A stretch of DNA of 53,885 nucleotides, counting the filler, from an uncultured virus (IMG/VR IMGVR_UViG_2049941000_000426) (Duplodnaviria; Heunggongvirae; Uroviricota; Caudoviricetes). It is 4 parts of one record of this genome, joined end to end, with 100 filler letters (N's around TTAATTAATTAA, not from the genome) between each part and the next. Parts side by side here need not be neighbours in the genome. Positions count along the whole stretch, not along the records: positions 1 to 23,530 come from IMGVR_UViG_2049941000_000426; positions 23,631 to 34,545 come from IMGVR_UViG_2049941000_000426; 2 more parts are not named here. The stretch is one strand, 5' to 3'. The notes under the pieces were generated by a model that ran no database searches, had not been told where the DNA came from, and worked only from the letters and a program-made list of their open reading frames with translations. Shown here one piece after another: positions 21,775 through 33,700 of this stretch; within the stretch, counting starts at the first letter, position 1, and the number at the start of each line of letters is the position of its first letter. Both the position numbers and the translations under genes were made by a program.

Positions 21775-23333
21775 TATATCGCCTCCAATGCGGCCCTTAT
21801 CAGGGCCTCGCTCAGTTTCGGGCAGACCGCGTTCCCTATCTGCTTGATGACCTCCGATTTCTTCTTTCCCGCGAACTTGTAGCTGTCGGGGAAGCTCATG
21901 GCTTTCGCCAATTCATGTGGCTGGAGCATCCGGAACGTGATGTCCAGCTTGTAGGACCTCCCGTCAGGAAGGGTGATGACCTGTCCCTCGACTACGCCGA
22001 AACGGTCCTTCGTGGGGATCGTGTCGACAGGCTCCGAGACCGGCTTGCAGGACTTGTTGTTCCCGTAGTACGCCTGGATCATCGGCTGAACGACGCTGAT
22101 GGCGCCGGCCGTGCTGATGGTCGGCAGGGGCTCCTTCGTCGGCTTGGCCGTCCCGCAGGACTGCTGCGGGATGAACAGCGGAGTGACGACGCCCTTAGAC
22201 CCATGGTCGCAAACGACCGTTCCGAGAGGGGCGCTCAAGGGCTTTGTCTTCCCGCTGTCGCCGCTCTTGGTGTGGGACAGGTCCACGACGAAACCCTCCA
22301 CGACGCCATGCCGGTTGGCGCAGTCGACGGTCGGGACGGGGGCGTCGAGGTTCCCATTCCGCTTCTCTCCTCCATCCCCACCGTGGTAGGTGGCTAGGAA
22401 CGGCTCCNNNNNNNNNNNNNNNNNNNNNNNNNNNNNNNNNNNNNNNNNNNNNNNNNNNNNNNNNNNNNNNNNNNNNNNNNNNNNNNNNNNNNNNNNNNNN
22501 NNNNNNNNNNNNNNNNNNNNNNNNNNNNNNNNNNNNNNNNNNNNNNNNNNNNNNNNNNNNNNNNNNNNGATCCGCCGGATGGTGTTTCTGTGAAGCGGGC
22601 GTTTCCGGTTGAAAATGGACTGCCCCTTGAGACTCCAGTCGATGACGGTGCTGGCGGCCTCCCATTTCGGAAGACCGTTCGCGCCTGTCCTGGAGTGGGT
22701 CTGCTTCGGCCAGACGATGCGTTCACCCGTCCCCTGCCGGACCGCCTGTATGATGAGGCGAGTCCTGCTGGTGGGGGCTCCGTAGTCGGCCGCGTTCATC
22801 TGCCGGTACTCAACGTCGTACCCGCTGACACGGATGGAGTTCAGCCAGTCGATGAAGAACTCACCATAGTGCCTCGGGTCGGGCGTCCCGGCCTTGTGGG
22901 CCCTGCCTTCGATGAAGGTATCCTCGGGAAGGAGCGGGCCCCATTTCATGAAGTCGGGGACGTTCTCGACATAGAGGCGCTTCACGATGAGCTTGCGTAT
23001 CCACGTCAAAAGAAGCTCGGGCTGGCAACGCGACTGGTTCTGGCGCGGCATGCCGCCCTTCGCCCTTGAGTGGTTCGTGCATTCAGGCGACGCCCAGAGG
23101 ATGTCGAGGACACCCCCTGGGACGACGTCGGTGGGCTCCATCCCGTCGACGGAGGCGCAGTAGTAGTCCCCCGCGTGGTTGGAGCTGATGGTGCTGATGG
23201 CGACGTCCCAGTGGTTGACGCCGATCAGGTGGTAGGGGATTCCGGCCTTTTCGAAGGCGCTGACCATCCCCGTGGTCGTTCCGCCGGCCCCACAGAAGAG
23301 GTCGGCGACGTTAAGAACTCTATTTGTTGTCAT
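21774..23333 (-). CDS. dcm: DNA (cytosine-5) methyltransferase
   Basis: Motif I DLFCGAGG, IV WASPEC, VI ENV, VIII YGAPTSRTRL, X QIGNAV; start MTTNRVL. Confidence 0.95.
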   Translation of the reverse strand: MTTNRVLNVADLFCGAGGTTTGMVSAFEKAGIPYHLIGVNHWDVAISTISSNHAGDYYCASVDGMEPTDVVPGGVLDILWASPECTNHSRAKGGMPRQNQSRCQPELLLTWIRKLIVKRLYVENVPDFMKWGPLLPEDTFIEGRAHKAGTPDPRHYGEFFIDWLNSIRVSGYDVEYRQMNAADYGAPTSRTRLIIQAVRQGTGERIVWPKQTHSRTGANGLPKWEAASTVIDWSLKGQSIFNRKRPLHRNTIRRIXXXXXXXXXXXXXXXXXXXXXXXXXXXXXXXXXXXXXXXXXXXXXXXXXXXXXXEPFLATYHGGDGGEKRNGNLDAPVPTVDCANRHGVVEGFVVDLSHTKSGDSGKTKPLSAPLGTVVCDHGSKGVVTPLFIPQQSCGTAKPTKEPLPTISTAGAISVVQPMIQAYYGNNKSCKPVSEPVDTIPTKDRFGVVEGQVITLPDGRSYKLDITFRMLQPHELAKAMSFPDSYKFAGKKKSEVIKQIGNAVCPKLSEALIRAALEAI

Positions 23334-23530
23334 AAGTATTCGAACTGCCATCCGTCTCCGTGAATCTTGTCCCTTTTCACATCCTCCGCCGCCTTCATGA
23401 CAGCTTCGGTTATTCCTTCGAGGGCCTTCATCGGGGAGTTCCCTTCGGCCGCCTTTCCCTTGTGAATGTCCCACACAGTCTCCGGAAGGAACACCGCCTG
23501 CCATAGTTGATGATAGGCTGTATTGTCACC

Positions 23531-23630
23531 NNNNNNNNNNNNNNNNNNNNNNNNNNNNNNNNNNNNNNNNNNNNTTAATTAATTAANNNNNNNNNNNNNN
23601 NNNNNNNNNNNNNNNNNNNNNNNNNNNNNN
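23531..23630. other. Artificial scaffold linker
   Basis: 44 N + TTAATTAATTAA + 44 N. Confidence 0.95.
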
Positions 23631-23806
23631 ACCGTATGCGGCATGCTGACGGAGATGACGTTGTCGGCTCCGAAGGCCCTTACGCAAAGGGCGGCGCAGA
23701 CCGTTGAGTCCTTGCCGCCCGAGATTCCTATGACCGCCTTGCTTTTCCCAAGGCTTTCCCAGTACCGCTTCATGCGGTTGATGATCGCGTCTCTTACTTT
23801 CTCCAT
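23631..23806 (-). CDS. nadE: NAD+ synthetase, N-terminal fragment
   Basis: AVIGISGGKDSTVCAALCVRAFGADNVISVSMP (PP-loop SGGxDS in NadE context); truncated at the scaffold end. Confidence 0.85.
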
Positions 23807-24157
23807 CTAATCTCTTACCTCCTCTTCTTCGTCTTCGTAATCGTTGTAGGCCAGATGGACGCCCGCGTAGACCGTGAGCGCCCAGTCGGAGACACCTCTC
23901 CGGTGGGTCATAGGGGCGACATTCCAATCGAGTTCCTCTACCGTATGCGCATCACAAAACCTTTCCGCTACAGCCTCGGCGAGCTCCCGGACGATTTCCT
24001 CGGTGACTTCCGATTCTTTTATCTCGTTCTTGATAGGGCTGTCAGCCATGCCCGTGACCATGAACGTCAAGTCAGCGTCCGTCCGATCGTCGTTTTCCGC
24101 ATAGGTAAGACTCTTGACCCAGTAACCCAGCGTTTCGATGATTTCTTTCCTGTTCAT
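23807..24157 (-). CDS. Hypothetical protein, 116 aa (divergent copy at 24494-24742)
   Basis: Intact ORF with a clearly homologous truncated copy nearby. Confidence 0.7.
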   Translation of the reverse strand: MNRKEIIETLGYWVKSLTYAENDDRTDADLTFMVTGMADSPIKNEIKESEVTEEIVRELAEAVAERFCDAHTVEELDWNVAPMTHRRGVSDWALTVYAGVHLAYNDYEDEEEEVRD

Positions 24158-24738
24158 TTCTCAGTATCCCGTCTGCTTCGTATAGAATTCGAACCGCNNN
24201 NNNNNNNAACCTCGTAATCATTCTCTTTATACTTCCGGAAAACAGTGCAGGACCAGTCGCCGTAGATCGTCCTTCCGACAAGGGTATTGCGAAGACCGAA
24301 ACGGAACAACCCGCTGTTGTCGGTCTCGAACGTGTCGAAGTCATGGGCGCAGAAATAGTCCCAGTAGTCTTCGGCCTTCTGCGTATCCGTCATGTCGTCC
24401 CTCAGATAGCACGGGTCGGTTATGAGGATGTCTCCTTCGAAATGCTTTTCGACGCAGGCGACAGGCGTCTCCTTGTCGAGGTCNNNNNNNNNNAATATCC
24501 CAAAAAAGCTCCTCGACGGTGTGGGCATCGCAGAAACGCTCCGCGATGGACTCGGCCAGTTCTCTGACAATCTCCTCCGTTATTTCCTCCGCCTTTATCT
24601 TGTCATTTAGCGGTCCGTCGGCGAACCCCGTCACCGAGAAACTTAGGGACGCATCCGTCCGGTCGTCGTTTTCCACATAGGCAAGACGCTTGACCCAGTA
24701 GCCGAGAGTCTCGACAATCTCTTTCTTTTCCATTTTTC

Positions 24739-25467
24739 TCAATAACCCGTCTGCTTCGTGTAGAACTCGTATGGCGTCATCCCGTTCGAGACGGTCCCCT
24801 GGCCCTCAAGATGCACCGTATGGGTCAGAAAGGGGATATCATTCTCTGGCTTGTCCGCTTCATGGCGTGTCGTTATGGCCTTGACCGTCCCGTTGAATCC
24901 GGTGATGACCGCTCCGCACCACTGGTGCTTGACCAGCCACTCAATGAAGTTCGGGTTGAACTTCTTGACCTCATCAAGAAGGAAGACTCCGACAAGACCC
25001 GCGTCGGCGCAGAACTTTCCTACCTCGTAGTCTTTCCTTTCATACTTCCGGAAAACGGTGCAGGACCAGTCGCCATAGATCGTCCTTCCGACAAGGGTGT
25101 TGTAAAGACCAAAATGGAACAACCCGCTGTTATCGGTCGCAAACTCATCGAAACCGTGGGCGCAGAAATAGCCCCAGTATTCCTCTTCCTTCTGCGTATC
25201 CGTCATGTCGTCCCTCAGATAGCACGGGTCGGTGATAAGGATGTCACCTTCGAAATGCTTTTCGACGCAGGCGACAGGCGTCTCCTTGTCGAGGTCCTTC
25301 TCGGAGAGATACTCGAAACCGGAGTCACCGCATTCCATCCCGCTCTCGTCGATCTCCCCGTTCCTCTCCTTCTTTTTCAGAATCTCCTCGGCCTCTTCCA
25401 TAGTCTCCGCGACCTGGTAGAGGTTCTTTGATCGGTGCTGCCAGTAAGCGAACTCAAACTCTTTCAT
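24739..25467 (-). CDS. Conserved hypothetical protein, 242 aa (variant fragments at 24160-24483)
   Basis: GDILITDPCY, TIYGDWSC and FCADAGLVGVF motifs. Confidence 0.75.
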   Translation of the reverse strand: MKEFEFAYWQHRSKNLYQVAETMEEAEEILKKKERNGEIDESGMECGDSGFEYLSEKDLDKETPVACVEKHFEGDILITDPCYLRDDMTDTQKEEEYWGYFCAHGFDEFATDNSGLFHFGLYNTLVGRTIYGDWSCTVFRKYERKDYEVGKFCADAGLVGVFLLDEVKKFNPNFIEWLVKHQWCGAVITGFNGTVKAITTRHEADKPENDIPFLTHTVHLEGQGTVSNGMTPYEFYTKQTGY

Positions 25468-26255
25468 TCGTCAGCCTCCTTTGTCCTTTTCAAAAACATT
25501 TTCACATGAGTTGTGGCGGAGGACAGAAAAGAGAGGAGCATCGCATGGTCGCCCGCCCCGCCGAAATCGGACAGCCACCTCTTCCATAGATAGGGAAGAA
25601 GGAAATGCTTCTCAGACACGACATCGTAGCCGCTGTACCGGGCGTCCACGACGAATTTTCGAATTTCCAACGCGTTGTAATTTTCAGGGTATTCCCGCGA
25701 CCAGTTCTCCCTATGGAAGTACTTCATCAGGAAGTGGACGACGTCGTAGGGGTCGTAGCTTCCGTGGAAGCGGTCCCTGAAGTCGTTGTACTGGTCCTTC
25801 AGCCCCGGGAAGGTGTTCACGACATCACGGAACTCCGCCTCAGTCTCCTCCGTGTAGAGGTCGTGCCTCACCCGGATGTTCATGTCGCGTATGGCGATGC
25901 AGGCCGGTCGGAACGCCCGGACGTCGTACCAGAAGAAATCCGGATCGGAGTAAGAGCAGACCTCATGCAGGACGGAGTTCAGGACAAGGACAGTCCTTCC
26001 CGGCTCCGCGTCGACGTCGTCCAATCTCGGGTAGACCTCGTGGCCTTTCATACTGGCGATCGCTAGGAAATCCTGGTTGCTCTCGACCCCGATGAACCTG
26101 TAGTCGTGCTTTCTCGCCAGCCACTTCATGAACGAGCCGTCAGCGCATCCGTAGTCGACGATCGTGTCGATATTGAAGGGGAGCGTCCTAAGGAACCACG
26201 CCTTGTCGGGGAAGGTGTGGTGCAAATTGTCCAGATAGACCCGTTCATCGTTCAT
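25464..26255 (-). CDS. Class I SAM-dependent methyltransferase
   Basis: IVDYGCADG SAM-binding loop and LNSVLHEV; ATGA-coupled start MNDERV. Confidence 0.75.
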   Translation of the reverse strand: MNDERVYLDNLHHTFPDKAWFLRTLPFNIDTIVDYGCADGSFMKWLARKHDYRFIGVESNQDFLAIASMKGHEVYPRLDDVDAEPGRTVLVLNSVLHEVCSYSDPDFFWYDVRAFRPACIAIRDMNIRVRHDLYTEETEAEFRDVVNTFPGLKDQYNDFRDRFHGSYDPYDVVHFLMKYFHRENWSREYPENYNALEIRKFVVDARYSGYDVVSEKHFLLPYLWKRWLSDFGGAGDHAMLLSFLSSATTHVKMFLKRTKEADE

Positions 26256-26860
26256 CGTCTGTGCCCCCTTGCGTAAACGAATTCGCCGTGTTCCGTGTCG
26301 GTGCTTCCGTCCTTCACCGGGTAAAGAACGATGTTCTCCTCGTTGGCGGAATACTCGATCCCGAACATGTTCACGTCGATGTCGTCGTTTATGGCGTCCC
26401 AGTCGTCCTCGGACCATTCGTCGTACTCCGACATGATCTCCTGGAGACGGTCGAACACGAAGTCCGGCGTGATGTCCCTGTCCTTCCCGATGTTCTTCAG
26501 GAACCGTCTGCAGGCCTCTTCGTCGAAACACTTCCGGTCGAGAACGATGTTGCCTTTCTTCATCACAAGGACATCATGCCCGTCGATGGAGCAAGGCCAC
26601 AGACCCTCCAGCTTGTCGTTGCAGGGGTCGGAGCAGGTTAGCTGCCCCCCGTCCTTGTCGAACCAGACCATCTCGCACCAAAGATTGGTCTTTCCGGAAC
26701 AGACCTTCAGATCGGCCTCGGTCCCGTCGTCGAACTTCACCGTGTGGCAGAACAGGCAGGCGTCCTCCGGGTATTCCTCTTCCCCCAGATCGACAACGGG
26801 CCTTTTAAGAAGCTCGTCCCACTTCTCGATGTCGTGTCTGTTGATCTCAAGAATTTTCAT
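26252..26860 (-). CDS. Hypothetical acidic protein, 202 aa
   Basis: Intact ORF with AGGAGG RBS. Confidence 0.75.
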   Translation of the reverse strand: MKILEINRHDIEKWDELLKRPVVDLGEEEYPEDACLFCHTVKFDDGTEADLKVCSGKTNLWCEMVWFDKDGGQLTCSDPCNDKLEGLWPCSIDGHDVLVMKKGNIVLDRKCFDEEACRRFLKNIGKDRDITPDFVFDRLQEIMSEYDEWSEDDWDAINDDIDVNMFGIEYSANEENIVLYPVKDGSTDTEHGEFVYARGHRR

Positions 26861-26939
26861 GGTTCTTCCTCCTTTTCTCTAAATGCTAAAAAACAANNNN
26901 NNNNNNNNNNNNNNNNNNNNNNNNNNNNNNNNNNNNNNN

Positions 26940-27327
26940 GTGGAAGCTTGGCCTCGATGTCGGTCTTCAGCATCACGACCTGCGTGACGATGCCGGTAAG
27001 CTCCGCGTCGCCGACGCCCTTCGCATGGGCCAGGGCGAACAGGCTGGCGATGTTGATCTCGGGAAGATTCCGGAGGTCGTCGAGGGCGTCGTGGTTCACG
27101 GCCGTCGTGACGATCAAGTCAACCACGCTGTCGAAGACTTCCTTCACCTCTTCTGGAAGGGTGTCGACGGGAATTTCCTCATAGTGGACACTGTCCGCAT
27201 CCTCATACCGCCAGACATGCTTCACGTCCGTCACGACCTCGGAGTATTCCCTGAGATTCTGCTTGTCGCGGATCATGCCGCCCGTCGGTGTAAGACGGGC
27301 CTTCTTTCCTTTTATGACTACATTCAT
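26940..27327 (-). CDS. Hypothetical protein (3' end in gap)
   Basis: ATGA-coupled start MNVVIKG. Confidence 0.65.
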
Positions 27328-27773
27328 TTTTGATTGATGACTTTAATGGTTTCTTTGACGACTTCCTTGACCAGAGACTCGTCGTCTTCCTTCTTCTCTT
27401 TCTTCGGCTCGGACGGGGCGAACATGATATCGCCTTTCAGATATTCCCTGACGGCATCCGGATTGTTCTTGGAGAGGTCTTCCAGATAACCCGTGACCTG
27501 CTTTCCGATACGGCGATGGATCCGTTTGACGCCCTTGAGCGTCTTGGTCGTCGGGTCGAACGAGAGTCCTGCATTATCATCTATTTCGATCTCCCACTCG
27601 CTGTTCTCACGGGAGCAGTCGACAAGGGAGAATCCATTGAGATACAGGATCTCACCGTACTCGACGCTCCCGATCTTCGCCTTCTTGCCGAAGGCGATGA
27701 CCGAGACGTTGTGGGAGAACCGGGCGCATGAGCAGAGCATGAATGGAATTAACAAAAGCAGCAGTTTTTTCAT
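27324..27773 (-). CDS. Lipoprotein, 149 aa
   Basis: MKKLLLLLIPFMLCSC lipobox. Confidence 0.7.
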   Translation of the reverse strand: MKKLLLLLIPFMLCSCARFSHNVSVIAFGKKAKIGSVEYGEILYLNGFSLVDCSRENSEWEIEIDDNAGLSFDPTTKTLKGVKRIHRRIGKQVTGYLEDLSKNNPDAVREYLKGDIMFAPSEPKKEKKEDDESLVKEVVKETIKVINQK

Positions 27774-27788
27774 AGTTCATCTTCCTTC

Positions 27789-30700
27789 TTAATTTGCTGT
27801 GTAGTTGAATGTATACTGACCAGTTGACTGGTTGTACGTCATGGTGACTTCGCCGTTCAGCAAAGGCCCGACCATCGTGAGGAACGCCTCGAAGGACTCC
27901 TTGCTTATGTAGTTCTCAGGAAGTTTGGTGATTGTACGGGCATAATCAGCCGCATAGAGAACAACACCTCTGAAAGGAGCTGTTGTAGGAACATAACCAT
28001 TTGCAGGCAATGATTCCTCAGTGCCGTAGTCGCTAATCTGCGCGGTGAGGTTGGGGGCCTCGTCGTAGGTCGTGGTTACAGGCGTGGCGAGTTCATAGAC
28101 CAGCCATCCCGTGGGGGACTCGGTGGCGGAGCCGTTGTTGACACGGATGTTGCCAGACGTGGCACGTACACCNNNNNNNNNNGCCTAAGCTGACATTGTT
28201 GCTACTGGTAGCGACATACAAGGAGCTTACCATCGGAGCGACAGTGGCATGGTCTGCGGGCCTCATAATGGAAGACGCTATCCCTGTGCTTTCCCAGTAC
28301 CCATATGTTCCTCCGTTGATGTGATTCCACTCCAACGTCCCCAGATCGACCTTTCCGAACCGCCTGACGTAGTTCCGCTCGTTCATCTCGTCATATACGG
28401 AGCCACGTCCATTCATACCATCTGGGAAATATGTAAGAGTGGGAACAGGTCTTGTATAGCTCCAGTAGGGTTCATAATCACCATTTCTAGTACCAGACCA
28501 CTGCAGATAGAAACATGCTTCGGTTTCTCTAGGAAGATAAACAGATAGTCTAACCCAATAAGCATTTGCTGGGGCCGTGAAGGAGTCCTCCTGCCATACT
28601 CCAGCATGTCCATAGTTTGTTCCACTTATGAAAGTCTTATCATAAGTATACCAACAAAGTGATGGGGCATTACCTTGAGCAGTAAATCTATATACCTGTC
28701 CAGGAATAACTCGGAGATATTCTGAAACACTGTAGTTAGTACTGTCATAATATCCTCCAGTAACTGTGAGATACTTACCTATTACAGAGTACTCACCAGT
28801 AAATTGATTGAACCCCACGCGCTTGAGTCCTGTACCCTTGTAATTCAACAAGCTACCTTTGTTATAAGGCAGTTTGTACCCATTCCAAGCAGGGAACAGT
28901 TGGTAGAAGTCAGCAAGTGTTCCAGGCTCAAGTGTAGCACCAAACATCCTTGTAAGGTCAATGAGGTTGTCCCTGCCGCCTCTGACATCAACGGAAGAGA
29001 CGCCTGTTACAAGCTCTGTAGTACCATAAATAGTCTTGATATACTTTCTGGCAGACTTGGTGGCAATGGTATAGTCAGTGCCTGTGTACTCCATGTTAAT
29101 AGGAGTAGAGGTGATGTTCACGTCTTCTTCATGAACATTGTTCAGACCTGCTGAGAAGGTCAGGGGCTGGGGAGTTTCAGAAGTGGTGGAAGGAGTAGCA
29201 AGCTCATAGTAAAGCATGACGCCAGACATGGCAGCTTTGAACGTAGATGCTGTAGTGTAGGTGGAATCTCTCACAATCAGTTGACCCGTACTCAGACCAG
29301 AAGATGAGTATGTGGATATGCTTTTATCTTGTATACCCTCTTGACCAGCTGTCGCTTTGGTCAAATACCTACCACATATGATAGGATTGTAGGACAGACC
29401 AGTTCTTATATCTACATACAAATATGCTGTATANNNNNNNNNNTGTATAGCTATTTTCTGCGACAGATGAAGACGTAGCCCACGTCAACGTCCCCATATC
29501 CACACTTCCAAACTTCACATCTTTTTCACCTGTAATGATGTTCTGTGTCTCAACAACACTACCAACACCTTGCAGGTTACTAAAGGTTGCGCTACCACCC
29601 ATCGGCGTGCCAGCATCATAAGCTTGATACTGTGTAAGATCCTTGCCCCACTTCAAGCAATCTGCTTCAAACTCTTCAACGGTTGAAGGTTCATGACCAG
29701 CACCATAGATAGCTGTGAGGTCGAAGAGCTGGGCGTTGCGGACAGAGAATGTATCACCAATCTGGATGTAGTTTTTAGTAGATCCAGTAGCACTGGTATT
29801 CTGATTAGAGAAATAAACTGTAGCAACACGCTTTTTGCTGGCAGGCGGTATAGCTATATAGGAGCACGTTCCCCAAGTATCCACCGCTGTTAGTGTTGTC
29901 GGAAAATCATTGTCTGTANNNNNNNNNNNNNNNNNNNNNNNNNNNNNNNNNNNNNNNNNNNNNNNNNNNNNNNNNNNNNNNNNNNNNNNNNNNNNNNNNN
30001 NNNNNNNNNACCTTTAGTAAATCAGAATTTGATGATTTTGCCTCAAATCGAGCGTAGTATTTGTGCCCAGCGATAACATCATATCTAGTTTTCAGGTTAA
30101 AGCCCCAAACCCAGTCAGAGCCTGTAGTAGTACTAATGACAGTAACTGTGATGGTATTCGTTGAAAATGCTATACTCGTACGTGATGTATCGTAGGCTTT
30201 CCAATAATCACTAGAAGCCTCCCTTATCAGCTGGTTCCACCTAGCAGTAGTCACACCACCTGTTCTGCCAACAACCTCGCCTTCATTGTAAGCAACTGTG
30301 GAGTTGTACTCAGGCATGACAGCAGCCATGTCATTCCAAGATGTAATAGCTGTTATAGCAGTGCTGTCACCATTGAACATCCTGGTAACATCCACCAGCA
30401 TGTCTTCATCACCATTGACAGCCTGTGTGGAGGATGATGTTATGATTGACTTTGTACCATTGTCACTGAAGGCATACTTGTGTGTAGAGTCCAGAGCAAT
30501 GTCATACAGTGTACCGTCATAAGTAAGGTTGAAAGGTATTGTCATACCACCATCAGTTTGAAGAGCTACATTGTTGCCCTTCTGGAATGAGAGAGTTGCT
30601 GGGGTGAGGAGTTCTTCTGTGGGGGTGGCGAGCTCGTAGTAAAGATAGACACCTGACATGGCGGTTTTAAAAGCTGTCTTATCCCCATTATAGGAGTCGT

Positions 30701-33700
30701 CTCTAAAGAATACAGCCTTGCCTTGGCCACCTTTTCCGGTATACATTTTATCCGNNNNNNNNNNTCACACCGCCTGTTCTGCCAACAACCTCACCTTCAT
30801 TGTAAGCAACTGTGGAGTTGTACTCAGGCATGACAGCGGCCATGTCATTCCAAGATGTAATAGCTGTTATAGCAGTGCTGTCACCATTGAACATTCTGGT
30901 AACATCCACCAGCATGTCTTCATCACCATTGACAGCCTGTTCGGTGGACGAAGTGATGATGGACTTGGTCCCGTTGTCGCTGAAGGCATACTTGTGTGTA
31001 GAGTCCAGAGCAATGTCATACAATGTGCCGTCATAAGTAAGGTTGAATGGGATGGTGCGTCCACCATCAGACTGGAGTGCTACATTGTTGCCCTTCTGGA
31101 GTGAGAGAGTTGCTGGAGTGAGAAGCTCCTCGGTGGGGGTGGCTAACTTATAGTAGAAGTAGACACCTGACAATGCTGTTTTAAGTAAATCTTTGTCAGT
31201 ATAATGACTATCATATAAATAAATCCGTTTTTCCCCACTCCCTATTGCTGTAAAATAATGATNNNNNNNNNNATAAGAATTACTGGTAAATAAAGTATAC
31301 CGACTGCATACCAAAGATATATCATTATTGTTTGTTTTCTTACCGGAAGGGGAACAATAGAATATACCATAAGTAGTTTCATATCCCCAATCCATCGTCC
31401 CCAAGTCCACACTTGCCATCCTATGCGTCAACTTCCCTGTAACTGCCTCAAAGCTATCAGCAGCAGTACCTACAGCAAAGAGTTCCTGCGGTGAGGTGGC
31501 CATGCCGCCGTCATGGTAGGGCTCGTAGGAGGTGGGGGTAGAGCCGAGTTCGAGCTGGACATCCTTGAATGAGAAGCCACCAACAGTAGACGGGTCAACT
31601 CCCAGAATATTGATGGATATAGTGTACGTTCCTGCGGGCAATACTCCGGCTGGAGCACGCAACCAGCAGTTTGTGGTTCCGCCGCTATGCCCTATGCGCA
31701 AATCCGTATAGGAAATAGACTCAGCGAAGGTGAAAGTAATACTTTGGACACCTGGCTGAGTAACTTGTCTCGATAAGCTCATTAGCGACTGAGTTTTGTT
31801 GAAAAACGCCAAAGTCAGTGCGACANNNNNNNNNNTTGGAGTAAACCCCGTCGCTGACAGTCGTATTATTGTCCAGTGGGGTTTTCACTTTGAACAAGTT
31901 CTTCCCCGTCGCCTTCACCTGCGGCTGCACCCCTTCAACCGTCCCAGTGTTGTACTCCACGTAGCTAGCGAAGCGCGGGTCATAAGCAACCAGGTCATCC
32001 CACGAGGTGATACTGTCGATGAGCGTCTGGTCGCCGTTGAAGTACTGGGTGAGGTCGACTATCATAGCATTCTTGAGTGAGTACACAGTGCCAACAGGTA
32101 AGTTAGCGGTTGTGTCACTTCCATCTTTCTTATAAGGCCCGAAGTACAAGAACCTGTCGGTGCCGCTTTTAGTATTCAAAGTTCTTTTTACTACAGTTGT
32201 TGTCCACGGAACACTATCCTGTATAGACATATCGCCAAACCATTGAGTAGGGCCACCTATGTAACCAAGATAATAACTGTGTGCCTCATCAAAACTCTGG
32301 GGTAAATCTAGCTTCCATGTGAAAGCAACAAGAATACTATGACCGTTTTTGTCATCAGAAAACACTGATGTTGGCTGCCTAATACAGCTAGATGCTGAAC
32401 TCACGGCACAAGTTGCACTTGCCACTTGATTTTCTACGGTTAATGACCAATTCCCACTACCTCCTGTAGTACTCCACCCAGTTGTTCCATCACTGAAGTT
32501 CCCATTCTGCACCAACTGATTCACCACCACACTTCTGGCAGCATTCAGCACCAAACCTTTAGGTGTCTCAACAATACCATCATTAACAGCAATAACACCA
32601 TCACTGCTGTTGACTGTTCTTTCTGTTGTAGGTGAAACCAACTGGTTCTTCACCAGACTTCTACCACTGACAACAAGTGAAGCAACATCTGAAACAACCG
32701 CATCCTCAACTTCGACCTGTCCATCACCTGTAACAGTGTTCTGGTTCGTGTCATGGACAAGCTGGTTGAGGTTGAGTGTAGTGCCTTTGATCTTCTTGGC
32801 AATGGCAGTACCATCTGCAAGGTCAACATCACCGCCTGATGTTCTATAGGTGAACTCAGCAGGTGTACCTTCGGCATTCTTGTCAATAAGGTTGTCNNNN
32901 NNNNNNCATCATATAGTTCCATTCCAGCAAACGAAATATTTACAGCGTCAGAACCAAAAGATACTATAATTGTCTGACCAGCAGGAATATCAAACATAGA
33001 GCTAGAATACACAGAGTAATTAGTTGGCATACCACTAACAGTGACAGAACCATCAGCGTTAGGTTGCCATTTTACACCATTTAAATCTTGTNNNNNNNNN
33101 NTAAATCTTGTGTTGTTGTGAATTTAGGTTGGAAATTCTTCCCCGTCACCTTCACTTGCGGCTGAACTCCTGCAACTTCTCCCGTGTTGTACTCCACATA
33201 GCTTGCAAAGCGCTGGTCGTAGGCGACCAAATCATCCCAAGAGGTGATGGAGTCGATGAGAGTCGTGTCACCGTTGAAGTACTGAGTGATGTCAACAAGC
33301 ATTACATTACTAATCTGCATTGTATCACCAATGGAGTAACTATCTGTCCTATCGACTATATTATAATAAATACCAATATGGCATTTTGAATACGATGGAG
33401 TGACATTTGCGTTGCTTGTTCCTGTAAAAGAAATTGTTTGTGCTACATTGGCTGATAGTGTTATATAGCTTTTACGTATATTTGTCCCCAGAAGCTGTAT
33501 GCTCGTACCTGTTGTATTTCTACTGGCTTTTACCGTTGCCGTGATAAGATATTTATGCCCATTTATTATACCAACATCTGGGACTGGAGAACTTGCGAAA
33601 GCATTGTTATTACTTTCTACCGCGTTTTCAGAGATAGTAAAAGTAAGTACATTGGAGTCAACAGAGTTAGTACCTTTCCACGCTCCCCAACCTGATGGAG

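Noticed and set aside
10596..23530. About 23-25-nt exact matches (10596-10620/16394-16418, 11232-11254/17462-17484, 18622-18647/23506-23530) resembling att sites or spacers
   Set aside because: One copy always sits at a contig end beside Ns, consistent with assembler chimeric tips
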